Positions 19,306 to 29,744 of a stretch of DNA of 64,000 nt are shown piece by piece. The translations under genes were made by a program, and so were the position numbers. Location: NCBI GenBank assembly GCA_019057385.1, contig JAHQJS010000006.1, forward strand, positions 384,001 through 448,000, in the 5' to 3' direction. How positions within the stretch are numbered: position 1 is the first letter of the stretch; each line of letters starts with the position of its first letter. This stretch comes from Candidatus Borrarchaeum weybense (lineage in GTDB: Archaea > Asgardarchaeota > Sifarchaeia > Borrarchaeales > Borrarchaeaceae). The notes under the pieces were generated by a model. It did not search any database. It saw only the letters and a list, made by a program, of their open reading frames with translations, and had not been told where the DNA came from.

Positions 19306-20442
19306 TTAAGCTCCTTTTGCTTTAGAGACTTCCCATAGATCATTAATGCGAAGAAGCACTTCTCCCTGTGGAGAGGAATGCAAAGGTATAGTCAAGGTAG
19401 ACTCAACTCCATTTTGTGAGTTGAAAACGTCAGATGGCACTTCAGGCGTGCTGAATAATCTAAACCCATGTTCAGGTGCCAATTCCAAAATTTCTTCAGA
19501 TTGTAGAAATCTAAAAAACTCTCCTGCAGCCCATCTTTGCCTATCGCTTACCCACGGGGCGTTTAGAATACAAAAAGGATGATCTGAAAGTAATACTCCT
19601 TCTTCGGGATAAATGGCTTTCAAATTCTGGTTCCAAACGGCTTGCGGATCTCCAGCTAAATTCTTTTCAATAATTAGGTTCTCATAAACGACGAAAACAT
19701 TTAATCCGTTAGGACCTGTTTCAGTAGCTTGGTCAATGAGAAAACCTGTGCTTTCTCCGTAGTAAACAGCTTTTGCTTCAAGTTCTGTCATCCATTGTTT
19801 TACTGAAGCATCTTTTAAGTCGTCTAATGACAATTCCGCTGGATTCTTTGAGGCTGCAACAGCTGCTTCTAGAATGACCGCCATGAAACCTGAATTACTT
19901 AACTGCGGGTTTGTATGCGCAAATAAAAGTTCGCTATCCGGAAGTATCGCTAAGTCGTGAAGGCTTTGGAATCCTGTTATTCCTTGTGTCTTCGCATAAT
20001 TTTCCCAAGTACCAATTATTATCGGAGAATAAATAAACGTCTCCCATTCGGTAACAAGAGTTTCACTTGTACCTCGCTCTTCAGCCCACATTAAATTCGC
20101 TAATGGAATCCATACAGTAGACGCTGGGCTCCAAATAGTAGGTTTTATTCCACCTGTGATCACACTGACCATTGATTCACGGGAGCCAAGTGGTCGAAAG
20201 AAAACATCAATTTGCACCTCAGGGAATTCTTCTTCCCACCATTCTTCAAACAAAGGAGCGACCTCTTCAATCCAACCGCGCTTTTCAGAACCATACACCA
20301 TTTCAAGCCTAATGGTTTCGCCACCGACCTGAGATACCACAAGACCATAGAAATACCCAATGAGGGCACCAATTAGAATTCCTATTAAGAATATGACTAA
20401 TATTAATGTCCACGGTCTTTTTTGTCGTCTGATTGGTCTCAT
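19306..20442 (-). CDS. Membrane-anchored ABC substrate-binding protein
   Basis: N-terminal TM; YGSEK, WSPAS, HTNP..SNSG, YGESTG, VYEN, IYP.EG...DHP. Confidence 0.85.
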   Translation of the reverse strand: MRPIRRQKRPWTLILVIFLIGILIGALIGYFYGLVVSQVGGETIRLEMVYGSEKRGWIEEVAPLFEEWWEEEFPEVQIDVFFRPLGSRESMVSVITGGIKPTIWSPASTVWIPLANLMWAEERGTSETLVTEWETFIYSPIIIGTWENYAKTQGITGFQSLHDLAILPDSELLFAHTNPQLSNSGFMAVILEAAVAASKNPAELSLDDLKDASVKQWMTELEAKAVYYGESTGFLIDQATETGPNGLNVFVVYENLIIEKNLAGDPQAVWNQNLKAIYPEEGVLLSDHPFCILNAPWVSDRQRWAAGEFFRFLQSEEILELAPEHGFRLFSTPEVPSDVFNSQNGVESTLTIPLHSSPQGEVLLRINDLWEVSKAKGA

Positions 20443-20642
20443 TTGGTCTTTAATTTCAATGCCCCCAGACCTATAACTCTAAACTATGCGATCAAACATT
20501 CACAACAATGCAATTTAAAATTGTTTCGTAATTGTTTGTTAAAAAGCATTTGCTTAATAAAAAACAGTTTTATAACTTGCAATCTAATAGAGTGCAATTA
20601 GAATTCATCGAATCAAAAATTTTCAGTAAAAGGTGTTTAAGA

Positions 20643-21218
20643 TTGACCACAACATTGGCTATTGTTTGTAATGGTGGTCTTGTTATCGGATCAGAATCTC
20701 AGGCAACAATGGGATTCTTTGTCGCGAGCAATACGGCCACAAAAATCTACAAAATTACTGATTATATTGCTATAACTATTTCAGGTGGTGTAGCTGACGC
20801 CCAGAAGATTGTAGATCAAATTCGTGCGATGGCACAACTATGTATTTTGGATTGGAGAAGACAGCCAACTGTACGTTCAATGGCTAAACTTACATCAAAA
20901 GTATTGGGACAGAACCGAATGTTGCCATATTATGTATCCCTAATAATTGGAGGAGTAGATCAAGAAGGTGCGCATATATTTACTCTTGGAGGGCTTGGTA
21001 GCATTCTTGAGGAGAAGAAATTCGCATCAACAGGATCCGGTTCGCCTATGGCCTATGGAGTATTAGAAAGCGAATATAAGGATAACCTCAGCATCGACGA
21101 AGGCGTAGAATTAATCAAAAGAGCAATTACATCCGCTCGTAAGAGGGATGCTGGATCAGGTGGAGAGTTTCAAATCGTTACGATAACAGCTGATAAAGGC
21201 GTTGAATTTGTAAATTAG
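20643..21218 (+). CDS. psmB: Proteasome beta subunit (probable TTG start, no propeptide)
   Basis: TTTLAIV with Thr1, Glu17 and Lys33; TGSG; RDAGSGG; AGGTG upstream of TTG at 20643. Confidence 0.9.
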   Translation: MTTTLAIVCNGGLVIGSESQATMGFFVASNTATKIYKITDYIAITISGGVADAQKIVDQIRAMAQLCILDWRRQPTVRSMAKLTSKVLGQNRMLPYYVSLIIGGVDQEGAHIFTLGGLGSILEEKKFASTGSGSPMAYGVLESEYKDNLSIDEGVELIKRAITSARKRDAGSGGEFQIVTITADKGVEFVN

Positions 21219-21354
21219 GTTTTTATTGAATGTTATGACTCGGAGAGGAATCTATCTAAAAACTATATTTTTTCTTTGAAGTTGAAAAAAAGAAAGTATG
21301 GTACCCTCCCTAAAGAAGAAATCTTCAGGAGAGACCTGTCTTTTATTTAAGAAG

Positions 21355-21816
21355 TTAATCTCCCGATAAAAGACTTTTCATTATTTTCTCGATTGGATCT
21401 CTTCCGACCGCACCAATAGCTTGCTTCACTGGTGATCCGTTTTTAAAGAATATAAAAGTTGGAATCGCAGAAACTGAGAATTGTCTCGCTATTGCAGGTT
21501 CCTCATCACAATTAAGTTTACCAAAAACAAATTTTCCTGCATAGTCCTTTGCTAGTGCATCGATAATCGGTTCCATAGTTTTGCACGGTGGGCACCAGCT
21601 GGCCCAAAAATCCACTAAAACAGGCATATTTGAATTAATAATCTCATTAAAATTGCCAGAGTCTGCTTTAATTACATCTCCTGTCATTTTCGCATCTACA
21701 CTCCCTTTCGTTTTCATTAGTTCAGCCATTCTCTTTTTACGAAGTTCTTGTAACTCTTCATCGTCTTCCATAGCGTACAGATCCATTATGTTGTCTTTCT
21801 TAAAGTAAACCATCAA
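21355..21816 (-). CDS. trxA: Thioredoxin
   Basis: VDFWASWCPPCK, AIPTF; archaeal N-terminal DEELQELRKKRM extension. Confidence 0.95.
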   Translation of the reverse strand: MMVYFKKDNIMDLYAMEDDEELQELRKKRMAELMKTKGSVDAKMTGDVIKADSGNFNEIINSNMPVLVDFWASWCPPCKTMEPIIDALAKDYAGKFVFGKLNCDEEPAIARQFSVSAIPTFIFFKNGSPVKQAIGAVGRDPIEKIMKSLLSGD

Positions 21817-22054
21817 AAACGAATGTAGTAATCAGTTAAATGAGTTAGATGAATGTTTTCACCTGATTTTCATTATAAAGCTTTTGCACATGGCATTGTT
21901 TACTATAAAAAAGATAAGAAATCATGCAATCTGACTAAGTTAAATTGAAAGTACGCGCTTATTTAGAATATTAAAAAATTTAAAGGAAAATGAATTACTG
22001 AGAATTACTAAGGTCTCCTTAGCTTCCCATTACAGCATTATGGTTGTTCTGTGT

Positions 22055-22192
22055 CTATTCAGAAGGTTCCTTTTTGGATTTTTCAGCCAGATGTTTTTCT
22101 AACATATCTTTTACTTCATCTTCAGTCTTTGTTTTGTCCAAGATTTCCTTTTTTAACTCATCAGACATCTTTTTGGGTTCATCATCAGCCAT
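22055..22192 (-). CDS. Small charged protein (45 aa, below the ORF-track cutoff)
   Basis: GAGGT upstream of ATG; MADDEPKKMSDELKKEILDKTKTEDEVKDMLEKHLAEKSKKEPSE*. Confidence 0.6.
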   Translation of the reverse strand: MADDEPKKMSDELKKEILDKTKTEDEVKDMLEKHLAEKSKKEPSE

Positions 22193-22356
22193 ATTTCAAC
22201 CTCACGAGCATTCTTGAGTAATCCCTCCACTGGGGTCTTATATTTTTTTCGAGAATTTTGTGCGCAGAATTTTATAACGCAAGGTGTGTCAAAATTTAGA
22301 AGCTTTTAATAATGTTTAAGTTCCTCTTCTTGTTGCATCTATGATTTGTTAAGAAT

Positions 22357-23643
22357 TTGTATATGGTGATATTTCTGTCGTACATTGAACGTGTTACCTA
22401 TTGGTACATCAAACGAGCAGTCCTTGGAGGACTCGCAACATTATCAGAGAAGCGATTTGTGTTTTTTCTGTCCGTATCGCTACTGTCTATTTTTGGTTCT
22501 ACGATTTTAACGGTTCTTGATCTTACAACTTTGCCACTGTTTCAATTTATAATCAATATTGAAACTGTAGCAGCAGTAGTTTTTGTTATTGTAGGAGCTG
22601 TCGCTTTTATACTCAAGCGTACGACGATAAGAATAACCTTAGTTATCCTATTACTATCATTGCTTCTTTTAGGGCTTTACATCTTTCAAATTCTTTCAAT
22701 ACCATTTCAAACATTTGCATTTGCATGTTTCTATGGTTGGATTCTGATACTAAATATTTCAACATTTTCGGCTGTTAGAAATTTCATTGCAGGCTGGTCA
22801 GGTCGGATAGTGAGTTTTGGGAAACCAAAAGATGCAATTTTATTTGAATGGCCCATTAAAATTATTGCGATACTAAGTATAGCTGGATTTTTCATTCTTG
22901 GGTTCGGCTTCTTGATAGGCTATGGTTCATCAGATTTCATAAGTGGCATTTCAGGAATAGTCGCTTGGAGCATTTGCGTGGTTATGATCTTTTGGTGGAT
23001 CAAAAAATCTAATAATGACGTATTTGCTTCTATTGTAGGTCTTTTCTTCATTTTTGTGGTGTACCACCTAGCGTTATGTATTTGGAATGGAATTGGTGCT
23101 GGCACGGGATCTCTTGCAGTAGACGCCATCTTCATAGCCGTTGGAACTCTATATGCCGTTCAGGGTCTCTGCAGACGTCTTGCACCAACAAATGAACAAA
23201 AAGTAGGTGAAGAAAAATCAACTTGGGAAGACGGTTCAGTTATTGCGCTCTTAGGCACAGTTTTGGGCTATCATGCCTTTATTGTGAATAATATTACTTC
23301 AGGTCAAAGTACTAGAGTATTAATCTACAGTTTTCATCAATTTTCAATTTTATTCGATGCTATAATTCTTCTTGGATGTGTGATGTTATTTGCTACCTCT
23401 TTAAGATTTAGGAATTACGTTTCAAGGACACCAGGACCAAAAAGTCTCGTTAATGATCTTGTTTCCTTTATCAAGGAGAAAGATCTTAAACACTTCCTTG
23501 ACGACATGTTAAAAAAAGCTAAAAATGATGCAGAAGTAAAAAAAGAAGAATTAGTTGCGGCATTAGATCAACTAAAATCTCGTGCAAAAAAGAAGTTTAA
23601 TTCGTTTCTGAAGAGCGAAGATAAGGAAACCAATGATTCTTAA
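22357..23643 (+). CDS. Polytopic membrane protein with charged C-terminal tail
   Basis: About 10 hydrophobic segments. Confidence 0.7.
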   Translation: MYMVIFLSYIERVTYWYIKRAVLGGLATLSEKRFVFFLSVSLLSIFGSTILTVLDLTTLPLFQFIINIETVAAVVFVIVGAVAFILKRTTIRITLVILLLSLLLLGLYIFQILSIPFQTFAFACFYGWILILNISTFSAVRNFIAGWSGRIVSFGKPKDAILFEWPIKIIAILSIAGFFILGFGFLIGYGSSDFISGISGIVAWSICVVMIFWWIKKSNNDVFASIVGLFFIFVVYHLALCIWNGIGAGTGSLAVDAIFIAVGTLYAVQGLCRRLAPTNEQKVGEEKSTWEDGSVIALLGTVLGYHAFIVNNITSGQSTRVLIYSFHQFSILFDAIILLGCVMLFATSLRFRNYVSRTPGPKSLVNDLVSFIKEKDLKHFLDDMLKKAKNDAEVKKEELVAALDQLKSRAKKKFNSFLKSEDKETNDS

Positions 23644-23656
23644 AAAGACAGTACAT

Positions 23657-24589
23657 TCACAATAGTATTGGTCCATTCAGATCAATGTCAGATACTATTA
23701 TTGCTTCTTTGTTTACGTAATTTCCGAGCGCTTTCACTACATCAGTTACAAGATCCGGTTCTACAATTGCATGGAGCGCATCACCGATCATATTTTGTGT
23801 AGCTCCTAGTGCTCCATTTTCTACAGCAACATCTGTCATTTTCTTAATAAGCACTGACATTAAGCCGGAATTGATCGCAAAGTCTTTACATGACTTGAAG
23901 AAATTTTCAATAGTCGGATTTTCTCTAATCAATTTAAGCGAAATTTCTCCATATTCGTTGATTTTTCGTAGTTTTTCATACGATTTAATGACTCCTCGTG
24001 TTTTTATAGGAGAGACTAATGCTGTTACAACTTTCCCAGAAAAATTTGGATCCATAGGTATTCGCTCTATATTGAAAAGTCCCTCAACACCAGGGATCAA
24101 TATTAGAACTATTCCGCCATTCAATATTCCTGAAACACTTCCTAATCCGGTTTGACATTTGACTTCAGCAATATGTGCGATCTTGCCGACTTCATATTTT
24201 GACAATTCTAATTCTAACGCATCATTAAGTGCCATTACAGATGAAAGAGCACCAGCCCCACTAGTTCCGTATCCTGCGCTCATAGGAACTTCGATTTGAT
24301 GCCTTATAATGATATCATACGCCTGCTTTACTTCTTTTAAAACAAGTTCAATAGCAGTTTTTGTCGTATATGCGTTTGGTGTCAGTTTATCGTTTATGAA
24401 GACGTTGATAGTACTGTTTTTTTGTGAAGGAAGTACTTCTAGTTCAGTAATAACTCCCTTCTTAATGACAATTCCGCCGCCGCGCGAACCGATCAAGTTG
24501 GGGTCTTTAAGGAGTTCTCCGTTCAAGTCCCAGAGCTGTGCGCTGAAGAAACTACTGATGCCTGCAGGTGAAAACGCCTTTGCTTTCAT
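23657..24589 (-). CDS. Pantoate kinase (GHMP kinase)
   Basis: AFSPAGISSFF, GSRGGG, PMSAGYGTSGAG, AHIAEV..TGLG, QNMIG. Confidence 0.85.
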   Translation of the reverse strand: MKAKAFSPAGISSFFSAQLWDLNGELLKDPNLIGSRGGGIVIKKGVITELEVLPSQKNSTINVFINDKLTPNAYTTKTAIELVLKEVKQAYDIIIRHQIEVPMSAGYGTSGAGALSSVMALNDALELELSKYEVGKIAHIAEVKCQTGLGSVSGILNGGIVLILIPGVEGLFNIERIPMDPNFSGKVVTALVSPIKTRGVIKSYEKLRKINEYGEISLKLIRENPTIENFFKSCKDFAINSGLMSVLIKKMTDVAVENGALGATQNMIGDALHAIVEPDLVTDVVKALGNYVNKEAIIVSDIDLNGPILL

Positions 24590-25197
24590 CAGCCGGCCTC
24601 AATATCGGAATTACCTGATAAAAGTTCAGGAAATGCCTGATGGCACGCTTTTACTACGATTGGAACGACTAAAATTAGGAAGGGTATCTCGCTGACAAAT
24701 GTCCATAATGCAGCACTAAGTCCCAAAACAATTCCCCAGTTTGAGCCCAGGTATGAGATGAAGAATTGTGTGAATGCCCATAGACTAATCCCTATGTAAA
24801 CGCTACCTGCCGCCAAACCAGCGAAAGCGAGGATAAAGTATTTTCTCCATGAAAATTTTCTTTGCGCGTAACCAATTATCCAAAACGCAATAAAATTGGC
24901 GGGAACACCAACAATGATGCTTAGCAGTGCATTACCGTGCCCATATACTACATCGGCAATAAAAATTCCTATTGCCGCCCCTAAACCCCCTACTAGTGGT
25001 CCAAAAAGCACTGCAAAGACAGCTGGAACGATTACTGCTGGCCAGAACCTCACCCCATATACAACTATTCCAAGATTTGTAAATCCACCAAAAACCACGT
25101 ACAAAGCCGCATTAATAGCTGTCATTGAGGTTTTTAATGCACTAAAATAAACATTAGTGGTCATGGTTTCTTTTCTCAAAAATTTATCCCCGTACAA
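24589..25197 (-). CDS. ECF transporter S component (QueT/PanT-like)
   Basis: AINAALY, VRFWPA, LFGP..G.LGAAIG..IAD; abuts the pantoate kinase gene. Confidence 0.8.
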   Translation of the reverse strand: MYGDKFLRKETMTTNVYFSALKTSMTAINAALYVVFGGFTNLGIVVYGVRFWPAVIVPAVFAVLFGPLVGGLGAAIGIFIADVVYGHGNALLSIIVGVPANFIAFWIIGYAQRKFSWRKYFILAFAGLAAGSVYIGISLWAFTQFFISYLGSNWGIVLGLSAALWTFVSEIPFLILVVPIVVKACHQAFPELLSGNSDIEAG

Positions 25198-25384
25198 TTT
25201 GTGTGAAGAAGTTCGTATAGTAATTGTGGTATAGTACTTTGCAGCTCTTTAAAGATATCGTTATGAATCTATAAAGACCACAAAAAAAATATAGATTTTT
25301 TGAAAATATAAAGACTTTATATTTTTGTTCTCTGCATTCTGCGATACGGAAGTCATTTCAAGTTTTAAATCTTCTGATTAGTTG

Positions 25385-26008
25385 TTAAAGTTTCGCGGCA
25401 AGTTCATCGGTTAGGATATAATCCTTGTACCACCCGTATTTTTCACTATGTGCTTCAATCATGTCGGGAAGTGGGAAATCAAGAAAAACCTCTTTTGAAA
25501 AATTGATAATATCGTCTATAATACCCAAAACTTCATTTACGATACGGTTCCGTGATCCTAATACGGTAATGCGCTTTATTGAATGACTGAGGTCTTATTT
25601 GAGGTCAACAGCGATCATGGTATGTAGTTTGTTCGTAACTGAGGTCAAAAACTCGTCTAATTCTCTCATCGTGAGGTCTTTGTCCACTTGGTAGATTAGC
25701 GAAACGTTTTTGGATGAAGTGTCGTCGCGAGTGAAATCTAAGACGGGCGAGATGTCGTCCACTTCAAGATACTGCATTCTGAGCCTTTTAAGAGCAAATG
25801 GGTGGAAATCAGGGGGGTAGTATTTTAATTCTTCGGGAGGTATGTCGGGATGCCCGTACTCTTCGTGAGAGAGAATAGAGGCGATGCTACCAACGTGATC
25901 GTCTATTTCATCTAATTTTATTCCCGTTTCGATTCGGATCGCGGGCTTTTCGATACGAGGAAGTGGGATTTGATTCAGAATTTTGTTTGAATTTGATTCG
26001 TTTGACAA
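25385..26008 (-). pseudogene. Hypothetical gene with one internal TAA at 25595-25597
   Basis: The frame continues 69 codons past the stop: ...VDLK*DLSHSIKRITVLGSRNRIVNEVLGIIDD...LTDELAAKL*. Confidence 0.55.
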
Positions 26009-26246
26009 TTTCTCTGCATCTCCTTAGATTTGCCTCAAATATATGTGGGATTAAGAATTGAAAAATCTATTGAGTAAATACTGTTTATTTTAAGTGATGA
26101 TTAATCAATACATGAGGAATCAGAACTTCTAATTTTTAGATGCCTTTTAGTTTCAGTCATTTAACATGCGTATAGAAAATAAATTAGTATTTTCAGTTGG
26201 CATAAATTACATTTATTTTATCGTAATCAATATTGGTGTGCTTATA

Positions 26247-26321
26247 AAATCTAAAAAGGCAGAGGTACATGATAAATAGTGAGAAATCTAAAAAAAGCAG
26301 AAGTACATGATAAATAGTGAG
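26247..26321 (+). repeat. 37/38-bp tandem duplication upstream of the coiled-coil gene
   Basis: aaatctaaaaaggcagaggtacatgataaatagtgag / aaatctaaaaaaagcagaagtacatgataaatagtgag. Confidence 0.9.
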
Positions 26322-26392
26322 AATATCTATATTATGTTATCTATCTTTATGATCATTTACACGTCTAAAAAAAGAAAATTAGGGGTGTTTGA

Positions 26393-28477
26393 GTGTCGGA
26401 ATCTAAAAATATCATCAAAGCTTCAGTCGTCAAATTCCTTGGTCATTTACAGGAGCAAAAAGGTTCTTTAGAAACTGAATTGTCAAACATGCTAGAGGAG
26501 ATGCGTCTCAATTCTGTTTCTGTCTCAAAGAGAAATTATGATGTATCAGACGTTAATCAGATCGTTCGAGAAATTAACACGGCAATGGTAGATTATTTTA
26601 AGAAAACGTATAGTTCCATCTCCGTGGACGCAAGCCGAAGAATCCGTAGCGTCATTGAGGACATAGTCCGCGTCGTGGGTGGAGAATTAGGAGAATCTGA
26701 CATTAATGAAATCATACAAAAGATTGAATCATTTGAATCACAAGCATTGATGGCTCAGGAGATGGCAGGTAAGGCTGAAGTATTACAAGGCACATTAGCA
26801 GAGAGAGAGGCGGAAATAGAACAGCTAAATGAATTAGTAAGAACAGAACGTTCGAAAAATGAAGAAATAACAAAAGAATTGACTGAAAAAACCGAAAAAC
26901 TCACGCAATTAGAAGAAGAAAATAAAAAATATGCAGAACAAATCGAAAGCGGTGAGATGGTCTCTGCAGCTAAAATAGAAGAACTTGAAACAACGATTGG
27001 TGATCAGGAGAAAAAAATCGAAGAAATAGAACAAAATTACTATTCAAAAATTGAAGAAGTCAACGAAAAACAAGAAAAAGTTGATGAAATAACACGAGAA
27101 CTTGAAAAATCAAAGGAAGAATATGAGAGTACTATCGAAGACCTCGGAAATCAAATGATGGGTCATGTAAGTAATGTTGAGGAATTGCAAACGGTCTTAT
27201 CTGGTAAAGAAGAAGAGTTAGAAAATCTAAAGGGTGAGCTGGAGAATCTCAAAAAAGAAGCAGATCTATTGCGCGTGAAAGCTGAAGAAGAGCAAAAGAA
27301 AACAATTGACGACTTAACCTCAAAACTTAATCTTGCTAATACGGAACTAAGTACTTTAAAAGACGAATTAGCCGCAAAGGAATCACATATCAATGATCTA
27401 AACTCTCAATTACACACAAGTGATACTCAGATTGCGTCAAATTCAGAAAAGATAGAAGCTTTAACATCACAGAACAAAGAATTTGAAGACGAGATTCGAT
27501 CACAAAAAGAAATGAATAGAAACTTAGAACTTCAGACAATGGATTTAAACGCTGAGATTGAGCGTCTGAGGGGCGAGATTTTCCGTTTAGAAGGTGAAAC
27601 TGGGTCTCTTCAAGAAAATCTTCGAGAATATGCTTCAAATATCAATGAAAAAGAGACGCAGATTCAAGAACTGACATCTCAAATCGAGCAACAAAACGAG
27701 GAATTAGAGGATCAGAAAAAACAAAATAGTTATCTAACAGAGCAGTATGAAACCTCAATTGCCAAGTATAAAACAATACTTCAACAACAAAATCAGAAAA
27801 TAGCAGAAGTTCATGAACAATTACGGGAAAAAGATAAGGTAGCACTAGAGTCGACTACAAAAGTTGATGATTTAGAAAACAAAATAAAAAGTTTAACTTC
27901 TGAAATAGAAGACAAGTCATCGCGTATAGAATCCTTAAATGATAAAGTTGAAGAACAACAACGTTCGTACAATGAACTCTCTGAGATATTATCCAATGAA
28001 CGTACAAAAATTGTTCAATTAGAAGACGAGTTATCAGCGCCTCGTACCCTAATCTCGAACCTTCAGACTGAGGTTGAACTTGTACGAAATGAAAGTAGAC
28101 ATTACCAAGAACTTAACGAAGGCTATGAAAAAGATTATGAAAGAATTAAAGCTAGATTTGAGGCATTAAATCAGAGAGCGACGCTCTTTAGGGAACGTTT
28201 GGAATCCGATCCGAAGTATAAAATATTGTTCATGCTTGAGGAGATTAAAGGCGGGGGCGGTCTTGGGCTTGATGAAATTAGGTTAGCTATTGGCGAACCG
28301 CCTGCCCTTGTGCGAAGGTTATCTATGGAGCTCGAGACAGAAGGACTAGTGTTGATGGAGACTGTAGATGGTAAGACCAGAGTTAAACCGACACCGAAAG
28401 CCGTAGAACTTGTTGTCGAAATTGAAGAAGAGGAAGAGAAGAAAGAAAGCGATGAGAACGCTGAAAACACCGAATAA
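26393..28477 (+). CDS. Long coiled-coil protein with C-terminal winged HTH
   Basis: ~480 aa of E/K/Q heptads, then DPKYKILFMLEE...LDEIRLAIGEPPALVRRLSMELETEGLV; no Walker motifs. Confidence 0.8.
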   Translation: MSESKNIIKASVVKFLGHLQEQKGSLETELSNMLEEMRLNSVSVSKRNYDVSDVNQIVREINTAMVDYFKKTYSSISVDASRRIRSVIEDIVRVVGGELGESDINEIIQKIESFESQALMAQEMAGKAEVLQGTLAEREAEIEQLNELVRTERSKNEEITKELTEKTEKLTQLEEENKKYAEQIESGEMVSAAKIEELETTIGDQEKKIEEIEQNYYSKIEEVNEKQEKVDEITRELEKSKEEYESTIEDLGNQMMGHVSNVEELQTVLSGKEEELENLKGELENLKKEADLLRVKAEEEQKKTIDDLTSKLNLANTELSTLKDELAAKESHINDLNSQLHTSDTQIASNSEKIEALTSQNKEFEDEIRSQKEMNRNLELQTMDLNAEIERLRGEIFRLEGETGSLQENLREYASNINEKETQIQELTSQIEQQNEELEDQKKQNSYLTEQYETSIAKYKTILQQQNQKIAEVHEQLREKDKVALESTTKVDDLENKIKSLTSEIEDKSSRIESLNDKVEEQQRSYNELSEILSNERTKIVQLEDELSAPRTLISNLQTEVELVRNESRHYQELNEGYEKDYERIKARFEALNQRATLFRERLESDPKYKILFMLEEIKGGGGLGLDEIRLAIGEPPALVRRLSMELETEGLVLMETVDGKTRVKPTPKAVELVVEIEEEEEKKESDENAENTE

Positions 28478-28741
28478 ACTATTAATAGCTTCCACCTTTT
28501 TATCATTGACTTCTTTGCATTCATTATCTACTTCGCTTTATTGAATGGAGTAGAAATAATGCAACTTTAGGAATTGTTTAGCAAATACCTATTCGGTTAT
28601 TTTAAAAAACCTGAGCCTCCAGGTTACCTTATATACCTTATAGGTATTATAACGTTGCCATAGTGTATCCTATTAGAATAATCAATGAGCCTATGACGCA
28701 CTCAAACTCTATCATATGAAAGTGATTACGGAGGGTAAAAA

Positions 28742-29719
28742 ATGACTCGTAATTCAAAAAAACCTTTTACTTATGGTGTTGACCTAGGAGGCACGAAAAT
28801 TGAAACGGTATTGGTCGATGCTACCGGTTTTGTTTTATCTAGAGAGCGACATCCAACGAATCTAGAAAAAGGAGCAAAGGGCGTTATTAATGATATTGTA
28901 GATTGTGTAAAGAACTGTTTGATAGATACAGAGATAAAAGGAGAAGCCTTAGGTATTGGAATAGCAGGTCAGGTAGACCCATCAACAGGAACCGTCATTT
29001 TTGGCACAAATCTTGGCTGGCGTAATGTACCTATACGATCAGAACTTGAAAAAGCCTTAGGAATCCCAATCGTGGTTACCAATGACGTTCGCGCCGCAAT
29101 GTGGGGAGAATGGATGCATGGAGCCGGTAAAGGAGTGAACAACTTTGTTGTTATTTTCGTTGGTACAGGCATTGGTGGAGGTATCGTCAGTGATGGACGT
29201 GTAATAAAAGGATGTACAGGTATAGCTGGAGAATTAGGGCATAGGACAATTGTTGTCGACGGAAGAAAATGCCATTGTCCCAATTATGGCTGTCTAGAAG
29301 CATATGCAGGTGGTTGGGCCATCGCTGAACGAGCACAAGAAGCAGTTAGAGCAGATCTACAAGCAGGCAAAATGTTAATTGAACTTGCTGGCAGTATTGA
29401 TAAGGTTACTGCAGTTCACGTAATTCAGGCTTACAATAATGACGACCTTCTATCCCGACGTCTAATGAAAGAAACAATCCATTACTTGGGTTCGGGTGTT
29501 GTAGGTATTGTTAATGCTTTTAATCCATGCGTTTTGATTTTGGGTGGGGGAATTATTGAAGGCTTTCCGGAATTGATCGAAGTTGTGGAGCAGATTGTTC
29601 GTAAATATGCGCTTGAGGCGTCTGTTGAGCGGCTTAAAATAGTTAAAGCTGCTTTGGGTGGTGACGCAGGTGGCATTGGTGCGGCTGCTTTAGCTCGAAG
29701 TTTAGTGGGTGAGATATAG
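28742..29719 (+). CDS. ROK-family sugar kinase (glucokinase)
   Basis: GVDLGGTKI, NDVRAA..GE, GTGIGGG, GELGH, CHCPNYGCLEAY. Confidence 0.95.
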   Translation: MTRNSKKPFTYGVDLGGTKIETVLVDATGFVLSRERHPTNLEKGAKGVINDIVDCVKNCLIDTEIKGEALGIGIAGQVDPSTGTVIFGTNLGWRNVPIRSELEKALGIPIVVTNDVRAAMWGEWMHGAGKGVNNFVVIFVGTGIGGGIVSDGRVIKGCTGIAGELGHRTIVVDGRKCHCPNYGCLEAYAGGWAIAERAQEAVRADLQAGKMLIELAGSIDKVTAVHVIQAYNNDDLLSRRLMKETIHYLGSGVVGIVNAFNPCVLILGGGIIEGFPELIEVVEQIVRKYALEASVERLKIVKAALGGDAGGIGAAALARSLVGEI

Positions 29720-29744
29720 CGGATTATATTTCTGTAGCGGATTT

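Noticed and set aside
26393-28477. SMC/Rad50 annotation
   Set aside because: No Walker A/B, signature, hinge or Zn hook
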